Source: Gemmatimonadota bacterium (GTDB lineage: Bacteria > Gemmatimonadota > Gemmatimonadetes > Gemmatimonadales > GWC2-71-9). From it: a stretch of DNA of 24,670 nucleotides. Shown piece by piece: positions 18,287 to 24,670 of this stretch (position 1 is the stretch's first letter; each line of letters opens with the position of its first letter). Under the pieces are notes generated by a model. It made no database searches, was not told the origin of the DNA, and saw only the letters and a program-made list of their open reading frames with translations. A program made the position numbers and the translations under genes. The DNA lies in assembly GCA_003221005.1 (NCBI GenBank), contig QHTZ01000028.1, positions 1-24,670 on the forward strand. Direction: 5' to 3'.

Positions 18287-20271
18287 CGGCCCAGCGGCTC
18301 GTCGTGCTGTACAGCCGGGCGCTGGTGTACGCCGGCCCCGCGTTGCTCGTCGCCGTGCTGCTCGCCGATCGGCGCTGGACGGGACAGGTCCCGGAGCTCG
18401 TCGCGTTGCTCGCGGGGGGCATCGCGCTCCGCACCGCACTCGCGGTCGGCGTCAGCACGTTCGCCGTGGACTGGCTGTGGCTCCGTAAGGCGCCCCAGGC
18501 GGCGGCCGTCAATCTCGGGCGCGAGCTGATCGCGGCGGTCGCGGCCTACGGGGTGTACGCGGGATTGGTGCACGCCTCCAGTGCTCCGCCCGGGCTGCAC
18601 GTGGAGACCCTCCCGGGGCTGTTCTTCTACGGCCTCTGCTACTTCGTTTGCACCCGGCTGCTGTTCTATTTCGCGCTCATCATCCGGGGGAAGCTCGAGC
18701 AGAGCGAGCGCCTCCTGATCCTGCGCTACGAGTGCATCAGCTTCGGCGCGACGATCATCGCCGCGGCGTGCGTCGTGGGGACCGTCGTGTACTGGCCGCC
18801 GGTCGCCTGGCTGTTCGTGGGGGCTGTCCTGGGGGCGATTGGCCTGCTCTTCAAGAAGACCATGGAGGAGGCGATCGCCGCCGAGGAGCTCAACAAGGTC
18901 CACGCGATGGAGGCGGTGATCACGAGCAACGTGAGCCTGCATGACTCCTTTGCCCGGATCGAGCGGCTGGCGCACCGGCTCATGGACTGGGGTGACTTCC
19001 GCATCTACCGCCACCACGAGGGCCAGCTCGCGCTCGCCTACCGCGGGGAAATCGGGCGCGCCGAGCGCGAGGAGCCGTCGCCCGACGTCGCGGAGCTGCG
19101 CCGGCAGGTCGTCACGTCGGGGGAGTCGGTGCTCATCGACGACGTGACGCGCGACCGCCGCGTGACGGACGCCAGCCTCAACGTCCAGAGCCTCGTCATC
19201 ATGCCGCTCAAGTTCGGTGACCAGGTGATCGGGACGTTCGAGCTCGACCATCACAAGCGCAAGTCGTATCGGCCCAAGGATCTGGTCACCATCACGACGT
19301 TCGCGGCGCAGCTCGCCACGGCCATCCACATCACGGAGCTGCGGCGCCCGCTGCTCGACACGGTCGACCGCCTGAACGCGCAGCTGGGCACGCTGGCTCG
19401 GGCCGCCGTGGCGCTGCGCGAAGCGGCGGGCGCGGTCGCGGGGTCCACGAACGTGATCCGCGAGGGCGTGGTGGCCGAGCAGGGCGAAGTCTCGGGCGGC
19501 CTCGCAGCCACCGAGAGCCTGGCGCAGGTCTCGCGGCGCGTGTCGGTCGACGGTGCCCAGGCGGCGCAGGCCTCGAGCACGGCGAGCGACGTGGCGAGCC
19601 GCAACCGCCAGCAGATTCGTGAAGCCATCGAGCGCCTGGTCGCATTGAAGCTGTTCGTGGGCGAGAGCTCGGCCAAGGTGCAGCAGCTGGGTCAGGTCTC
19701 GCGGCGGATCACCGGCTTCATCGCATCGATCCGCGACCTCGCGGACCTCACGAACCTGCTGTCCCTCAACGCGGCGATCGAAGCGGCGCGGGCGGGCAAG
19801 CATGGCCGAGGGTTCGCGGTCGTAGCGGAAGAAGTGCGCCGCCTCGCCGAGCAGAGCGCGAGCGCCGCGGCTGAGGCGGCCGAGCTGGTGCAGGATATCC
19901 ACCGGCAGGTGGGCGAAGTCGTGGAGCAGATGCGGCGCGGCCAGGTGAATGTGGGCGGTGTGGAGGAGCTCTCGTCAGCAGCGCTGCAGGCGCTGGACGC
20001 CATCGTGGCGGCGACCGCGGACGCAACCGAGCACGCGCGCCGCATCGCGGCGGCTGCGGGCGAGCAGGACACGGCGTTCGCGCGCCTGCGCGAGCGTATC
20101 CACGCGGTGGCCGCGATTGCGGGGAAGAACCGCGCCGAAGCGGACGACGTCGCCACCCGGGCGAGCGAGGCGGCGCGCGGGCTCTCGGACCTGGAGCGCG
20201 CGACGCGCGAGCTGGAGGAGGTCGCCGCGATGCTGAGAGACCTCACCCGCGGCTTTGCGACGGTTGCGTAG
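18283..20271 (+). CDS. Multi-TM + GAF + methyl-accepting chemotaxis (MCP) signalling-domain protein
   Basis: GTG 18283 overlaps the trpA stop. Several hydrophobic helices, a GAF-like region ([19 protein letters not shown]), and the MCP hairpin-tip motif [36 protein letters not shown]. Confidence 0.9.
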   Translation: MTAQRLVVLYSRALVYAGPALLVAVLLADRRWTGQVPELVALLAGGIALRTALAVGVSTFAVDWLWLRKAPQAAAVNLGRELIAAVAAYGVYAGLVHASSAPPGLHVETLPGLFFYGLCYFVCTRLLFYFALIIRGKLEQSERLLILRYECISFGATIIAAACVVGTVVYWPPVAWLFVGAVLGAIGLLFKKTMEEAIAAEELNKVHAMEAVITSNVSLHDSFARIERLAHRLMDWGDFRIYRHHEGQLALAYRGEIGRAEREEPSPDVAELRRQVVTSGESVLIDDVTRDRRVTDASLNVQSLVIMPLKFGDQVIGTFELDHHKRKSYRPKDLVTITTFAAQLATAIHITELRRPLLDTVDRLNAQLGTLARAAVALREAAGAVAGSTNVIREGVVAEQGEVSGGLAATESLAQVSRRVSVDGAQAAQASSTASDVASRNRQQIREAIERLVALKLFVGESSAKVQQLGQVSRRITGFIASIRDLADLTNLLSLNAAIEAARAGKHGRGFAVVAEEVRRLAEQSASAAAEAAELVQDIHRQVGEVVEQMRRGQVNVGGVEELSSAALQALDAIVAATADATEHARRIAAAAGEQDTAFARLRERIHAVAAIAGKNRAEADDVATRASEAARGLSDLERATRELEEVAAMLRDLTRGFATVA

Positions 20272-20283
20272 GGCGTTTACCAT
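20255..20283 (+). promoter_or_regulatory. Internal sigma70-like promoter for folK-panB-panC, likely leaderless
   Basis: TTGCGA (20255-20260)-17 nt-TACCAT (20278-20283)-6 nt-GTG 20290. Confidence 0.6.
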
Positions 20284-20289
20284 TCCCCC

Positions 20290-20730
20290 GTGTGGACGGG
20301 CGAGCGCGTCTACGTGGCGCTGGGATCGAACGTCGGGGAGCGGGAAGGACATCTCGCGCACGCCCGGGCGCGCCTCGCGACGCTGCCGCGCACGCGTCTC
20401 GTTGCCGCGTCGCGCGTCGAGCAAACCGCCCCACTTGGCCCCGTCCCCCAGGATCCCTACCTGAACCAGATGGTGCTCCTCGAGACCGGCCTCACGCCGG
20501 CCGAGCTGCTGCGTCACCTCCACGCGATCGAGGCGGAGCGGGGGCGCGCGCGCCGCGTGCGCTGGGGGCCGCGCACGCTCGACCTCGACATTGTGCGCTT
20601 CGGAGACCGCGAAGTGCGCGATGCGGAATTGACCGTGCCGCACCCCGAGCTCGCACACCGCGACTTCTGGCTTCGCGAGATCGCGGAGCTCGACGCCGCC
20701 GCGCCGCCGCTCCCTTCCCCGCATGACTGA
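20290..20730 (+). CDS. folK: 2-amino-4-hydroxy-6-hydroxymethyldihydropteridine diphosphokinase
   Basis: YVALGSNVG, QDPYLN, IEAERGR, RWGPRTLDLDIV, LTVPHPEL. Confidence 0.95.
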   Translation: MWTGERVYVALGSNVGEREGHLAHARARLATLPRTRLVAASRVEQTAPLGPVPQDPYLNQMVLLETGLTPAELLRHLHAIEAERGRARRVRWGPRTLDLDIVRFGDREVRDAELTVPHPELAHRDFWLREIAELDAAAPPLPSPHD

Positions 20731-21538
20731 CAACCGCTCGCCGCTCACCATCCCCGACCTGCTTCAGATGAAGGCGCGTGGCGAGCGGATCGTGACGCTC
20801 ACTTGCTACGATGCCCTGTTCGCGCGGCTCCTCGATGCGAGCGGCGTGGATATCCTGCTCGTGGGCGACTCCGTGAATCAGGTGCTCGCCGCAGCGGAGA
20901 CCACCTTGTCCGCCACCCTCGAGCAGATGCTGTACCACACGAGGCTGGTGCGGCGCGGCTCCGAGCGCGCGCTCGTGATCTGCGACATGCCGTTCCTGAC
21001 CTACCAGGTCTCGAAGGAAGAAGCGATCAGGAATTGTGGGCGCGTGCTGGCAGAGACAGGGTGCCACGGCGTGAAGCTCGAGGGTGGCCGGCCCGTCGTA
21101 GAGACGGTGCGGGCGCTCGCGGACGTAGGGATCCCCGTCATGGGGCACCTCGGGCTCACGCCGCAGTCGGTGCACGCCATCGGCGGCTACCGCGTGCAGG
21201 GGCGGGACGCCCGCGGGGCTGAACGGCTGCTTGATGATGCCAAGGCGCTCGCGGACGCCGGGGCGTTCGCCGTGGTGCTGGAGCTCATCCCCGCGCCGCT
21301 CGCCTCCCAGATCACCAAGGCGCTCCCGATCCCAACCATCGGAATCGGGGCAGGTCCTGCTTGCGACGGCCAGGTGCTCGTGTTGCACGACATGCTCGGT
21401 CTCAATGAAGGCTTCAATCCCAAGTTCCTGAAGCGCTACGCCGCGCTGGCCGAAGACGTGCGCGAGGCGGTGAAGCTCTTCGCCGCCGAGGTGCGGGAGG
21501 GGCGTTACCCGGGCCCAGAGCACTCGGTCGCGAAGTAG
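20723..21538 (+). CDS. panB: 3-methyl-2-oxobutanoate hydroxymethyltransferase
   Basis: LTCYD, LLVGDS, DMPF, VKLEGG, MGHLGLTPQS, TIGIGAG, DGQVLVLHDMLG. Confidence 0.96.
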   Translation: MTDNRSPLTIPDLLQMKARGERIVTLTCYDALFARLLDASGVDILLVGDSVNQVLAAAETTLSATLEQMLYHTRLVRRGSERALVICDMPFLTYQVSKEEAIRNCGRVLAETGCHGVKLEGGRPVVETVRALADVGIPVMGHLGLTPQSVHAIGGYRVQGRDARGAERLLDDAKALADAGAFAVVLELIPAPLASQITKALPIPTIGIGAGPACDGQVLVLHDMLGLNEGFNPKFLKRYAALAEDVREAVKLFAAEVREGRYPGPEHSVAK

Positions 21539-22410
21539 TGCACGAAATCAGCGCGCCGGCGGAGATGCGGGAGTGGTCGCGCGCCGAGCGCAAGCGTGGA
21601 CACCGCATCGGGCTCGTCCCCACGATGGGCTTTCTCCACGAAGCACACCTGCGGCTCGTCGATCGAGCGCGCGAGCGCGCCGACCGAGTCGTGCTCTCGA
21701 GCTTCGTCAACCCGCTGCAGTTCGGGCCGCGCGAGGACTTCGATCATTACCCGCGGGACCCGGCACGCGACCGGCGCCTGGCCACCGAGCGCGCAGTGGA
21801 TTGCCTGTTCGCCCCCAGCACCGAGGCGCTCTACGCCGTCGATCCGGTAGTACGCATCGCACCCGGCCCGATGTCGGACGTGCTCGAGGGCGCGGCGCGG
21901 CCCGGTCACTTTCAGGGAGTCTTGACCGTCGTGGCGAAGCTGTTCCACGTGGTCGAACCCGACATCGCCGTGTTCGGCCGCAAGGACTTCCAGCAGGCGA
22001 TGCTGGTGCGCCGCATGGTCGCCGACCTCGACTTCGGGCTCGAGGTGGAGATTGTGCCGACGGTGCGCGAGCTCGACGGCCTCGCGATCTCCTCCCGCAA
22101 CAGCTATCTGGGACCTGACGAGCGACGGGCGGCGCTCGCCCTGTCCCGGGCGCTGCGCGCCGTCGAACAGGCGTGGCGCGGCGGACAGGCGGACCCCAAG
22201 GAGTTGGAGCGCCGCGGGCTCGAGGTGTTGCACGCGCCCGGCGTCGCCCCAGAGTACCTGAAGCTCGTGGGAGAGGACCTCCGGCCGGTGGCACGGGCCG
22301 ACGCGCGCACGGTGGTGGTGGTCGCCGCAGCTGTAGGGGGCACGCGGCTCATCGACAACGTGGTGCTCGGTGAGGGCATGGCCAACGACATAGCGGTGCG
22401 TGCCTCCTGA
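21538..22410 (+). CDS. panC: Pantoate--beta-alanine ligase
   Basis: VPTMGFLHEAHL, FVNPLQF, RPGHFQGV, FGRKDFQQ, RELDGLAISSRN, RLIDN. Confidence 0.96.
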   Translation: MHEISAPAEMREWSRAERKRGHRIGLVPTMGFLHEAHLRLVDRARERADRVVLSSFVNPLQFGPREDFDHYPRDPARDRRLATERAVDCLFAPSTEALYAVDPVVRIAPGPMSDVLEGAARPGHFQGVLTVVAKLFHVVEPDIAVFGRKDFQQAMLVRRMVADLDFGLEVEIVPTVRELDGLAISSRNSYLGPDERRAALALSRALRAVEQAWRGGQADPKELERRGLEVLHAPGVAPEYLKLVGEDLRPVARADARTVVVVAAAVGGTRLIDNVVLGEGMANDIAVRAS

Positions 22411-22431
22411 TATCCGTGGGCTGAAGCTCCG

Positions 22432-22929
22432 GTGACTCTGCCCCCCTGGGCAATCGTGACCCCCGAACGGCGCGCCCACATCGAACGGGTCGCCGCGCTG
22501 CTCGACTCGTGGGCCCCGCGCCTGGCGGTGGACGGTGCCGAGCGGGCTCGCTGGCTTCGAGCCGCCTACCTGCACGACGCCTTACGCGACGCGCCACTCG
22601 CGACCAAGCTCGCGCACGGACCAGCGGCCGCCGACCGCGCCGCCCGCGAGGGGGAGACCGATCGCGGCGTGCTCGACGCGGTGCGCTATCACACCATCGG
22701 CTACGCCGGGTGGGACGACGTGGGCCGCATGCTATACCTCGCCGATTTTCTCGAGCCGGGGCGCACGTTCGCCGCGGCCGAACGACGCGCGCTCGCCGAC
22801 CTGGTGGTCCTCGAGCGGGACACGGTACTCGAGGAAGTGGCGCGACGCCGGATTGGGTGGACGCTGCGCTCGCGCTGGCCGCTCGCTCCTGAGACGGTAG
22901 CCTTCTGGAACGCACTCGTCTCGCACTGA
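22432..22929 (+). CDS. HD-domain hydrolase, YqeK-like (possible Ap4A hydrolase)
   Basis: H-x-HD-x-H-x-H-x-D pattern: RRAHIERV, YLHD, AHGPAAA, AVRYHTIG, LYLADFLEPGR, as in the YqeK family. Confidence 0.75.
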   Translation: MTLPPWAIVTPERRAHIERVAALLDSWAPRLAVDGAERARWLRAAYLHDALRDAPLATKLAHGPAAADRAAREGETDRGVLDAVRYHTIGYAGWDDVGRMLYLADFLEPGRTFAAAERRALADLVVLERDTVLEEVARRRIGWTLRSRWPLAPETVAFWNALVSH

Positions 22930-23223
22930 GCGTCGCGGCCTGCGCCCTGGCTGCCTGCCGCGGCGACCGGAATGGGGGCAGAGCGCTCCCCGTCCCAGGC
23001 GAGGGCACGCCGCGCATCACCGTGGAGGTGCTCAACGCGAGCGGGCGAGCCGGGCTCGCCCGTCTCGGTACCCGCGTGCTGCGCGAAGCTGGATGTGGGC
23101 CAGCGGGTGCGGGCGGCGCTACACGTCGGCCGGGTCGCCATGCAGCTTGACTCGACCAGGCTATTCGACGCGAGCGTGCTCCTGGGCAGGGACTTTGCGC
23201 CGCGGCTCCAGTTCCACCCGTAG
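22905..23223 (+). pseudogene. LytR C-terminal-domain lipoprotein, frameshifted near 23092
   Basis: Manual translation LERTRLALSVAACALAAC (lipobox)...ITVEVLNASGRAGLARLGTRVLREAG, then in another frame DVGQRVRAAL...DASVLLGRDF (LytR_C end motif). The middle is missing; the only upstream start is CTG 22905. Confidence 0.7.
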
Positions 23224-24255
23224 CTGACCGCATGCCGCCGCGATGTCGAGTCCGCGGCTGCGGCGCAGCACCGCCGTCACGCCCCGCGCTTTCAGACGGC
23301 GTGCGAATTCAGCGCTTGCGGCCCGGGAGCTGCGTGCCAGATCGGGAGCCCCGCCGGGATGGAGCGGCAGCAAGTTCACCAGCGCCCCGAGCGGCGCCGC
23401 GAGATCCGCGAGCCTGTCCGCCAACTCTGGCATGTCGTTGCGTCCACCGATCAACACGTACTCGAACGTCACGCGGCGCCGGAACTGCCCCAGGGCGGTG
23501 AGCACCTCGGACAGGGCGTATTTCTTCTCGATCGGCATCAGCGCGAGCCTGACCTCGGGCGTCGGCGCGTGCAGCGAGACGGCCAGCCGGAACTGCTCCG
23601 GCCGTTTAGCCAGCAGCGTGAGGTTCGGGACGATGCCGACCGTCGAGAGCGTGATGTGTCGCGCGCCGATGCCGAGCCCGTCCGGCTGATTGAGGATTGT
23701 GAGCGCAGCGTCTACCGCGGTCCAGTTGAGCAGCGGCTCGCCCATCCCCATGAAGACGACATTCGTTGGTTGGGGTGAGGCGTCGCGGAGCAGGAGCTCA
23801 CGTACTTGGCACGCGATCTCGCCCGCCGAGAGGTTGCGCCGGAACCCCATGCGCCCCGTGGCGCAAAACACGCACCCCAAGGCGCACCCCACCTGCGACG
23901 AAATGCACAGCGTGCGCCGCCTGCCTTCGGGGATGAGCACCGACTCGATCGCTTCTCCGTCTCCCAGGGCCCACAGGAACTTCTCGGTGCCATCCCTGGA
24001 TACCTGGTGGGCCGCCAGCTCAAAGCGGGGCAGCGGGAACGCGTCGTCGAGGCCGCGCCGCAACGGGGCCGGCAGATCGGTGGCGTCCTCCCAGGAGCCC
24101 ACGGGGCGCTGCCACAGCCGGGGAAGTATTTGCCGCACTCGATAGGGGGGCTCTCCCCGGACTGCGAGCCACGCGGCGATGCGGGCGCGCGCTTCGGCGG
24201 GGGTCAGCGACAGAAGGTCAGGGGTGAGCTCGGCAATGTGTTGCATGTCGAACAT
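23161..24255 (-). CDS. rlmN: 23S rRNA m2A2503 / tRNA m2A37 radical-SAM methyltransferase
   Basis: DGTEKFL, IESVLIP, CISSQVGCALGCVFCATG, FMGMGEPLLN, LAVSLHA, FEYVLI, DIAAACGQL. Start is ATG 24255 or 24246. Confidence 0.96.
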   Translation of the reverse strand: MFDMQHIAELTPDLLSLTPAEARARIAAWLAVRGEPPYRVRQILPRLWQRPVGSWEDATDLPAPLRRGLDDAFPLPRFELAAHQVSRDGTEKFLWALGDGEAIESVLIPEGRRRTLCISSQVGCALGCVFCATGRMGFRRNLSAGEIACQVRELLLRDASPQPTNVVFMGMGEPLLNWTAVDAALTILNQPDGLGIGARHITLSTVGIVPNLTLLAKRPEQFRLAVSLHAPTPEVRLALMPIEKKYALSEVLTALGQFRRRVTFEYVLIGGRNDMPELADRLADLAAPLGALVNLLPLHPGGAPDLARSSRAASAEFARRLKARGVTAVLRRSRGLDIAAACGQLRVELEPRRKVPAQEHARVE

Positions 24256-24323
24256 TTACGTGGTCAAGTGGCGCTGTCAACTTAACTTAACTATCTTCAA
24301 GCGCTTACGACACTTGGCCCGAG

Positions 24324-24670
24324 ATGCGCCTATCTGAGCTCCTGACGCCGAACCGCATTCGGATCCCCCTCCACGCGCGTGACAAGGAGGGGGTGCTGCG
24401 TGAGCTAGTGGAGCTGATCCTCCCCGAGGATGACGGAACCGCAGGGGGAGGCGGGGGGGGAGGGGGAGGCGGGCCCGGGCAGGCAGAGGAGGTCCTCGGG
24501 GCGATCCTCGAGCGGGAGCGGCAATTCCCGACCGGGATCGGCTACGGCGTGGCGGTTCCGCACGGCAAGACGCCCGCGCTGTCGACGCTGGGATTGGTGG
24601 CGGGGACGACCGTTGACCCGGTGGCATACGAAACGGTCGACGGAGAGCCGGTGCGGATCTTCTTCATGCT
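24324..24670 (+). CDS. PTS system IIA component (fructose/Ntr-type), partial at the right edge
   Basis: Manual translation MRLSELLTPNRIRIPLHARDKEGVLRELV...ILERERQFPTGIGYGVAVPHGK...VDGEPVRIFFM, with the phospho-His motif GVAVPH. Confidence 0.9.
   Translation, partial: MRLSELLTPNRIRIPLHARDKEGVLRELVELILPEDDGTAGGGGGGGGGGPGQAEEVLGAILERERQFPTGIGYGVAVPHGKTPALSTLGLVAGTTVDPVAYETVDGEPVRIFFM
24443..24473 (+). repeat. G-rich tandem duplication encoding a Gly10 tract
   Basis: AGGGGGAGGCGGGGGGGG followed by AGGGGGAGGCGGG; contains a G8 run at 24453-24460. Confidence 0.85.

Noticed and set aside
22585-22625. Possible further deletion in the YqeK-like protein between HD and the next His
   Set aside because: The spacer is short but reads naturally and stays in frame; it cannot be told apart from a naturally compact variant without alignment.
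10087-23092. Programmed ribosomal frameshifting at the truA, HEAT and LytR_C breaks
   Set aside because: No slippery heptamers at the junctions, and coding sequence appears to be missing rather than merely shifted.
1-24670. CRISPR arrays, tRNA/rRNA genes, IS elements, Rho-independent terminators, Trp attenuator
   Set aside because: No spaced repeats, RNA gene signatures, transposases, hairpin-plus-U-tract or Trp-codon leader peptide seen; intergenic gaps are all short, around 100 bp or less.

Overview
High-GC, densely coded housekeeping region. Gene content and order suggest a Gemmatimonadota-like genome, probably a metagenome assembly (inference). The left arm is a long minus-strand operon: truA-purB-purC-psd-pssA-purS-purQ-lipoprotein-zinc-finger protein-purL-purF-ppdK (partial). 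The right arm is a plus-strand run: trpD, an antisense lexA, then trpC-trpB-HEAT-repeat protein-HD-GYP protein-trpA-membrane/GAF/MCP-signal protein-folK-panB-panC-YqeK-like HD hydrolase-LytR_C lipoprotein. It is followed by a convergent rlmN and a divergent PTS IIA gene (partial). Main points: (1) a HEAT-repeat + HD-GYP pair sharing a paralogous N-terminal domain sits between trpB and trpA, with an orphan chemoreceptor-like gene after trpA; (2) two CCCGAAAAT-N3-CCGAA boxes lie on the lexA promoter and are a candidate LexA operator; (3) lexA lies antisense inside the trp cluster; (4) four, possibly five, genes carry clean internal deletions of roughly 25-35 codons, most likely collapsed assembly gaps, one of which creates a false TruA-PurB fusion ORF. 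No rRNA, tRNA, CRISPR array or mobile element was recognised.
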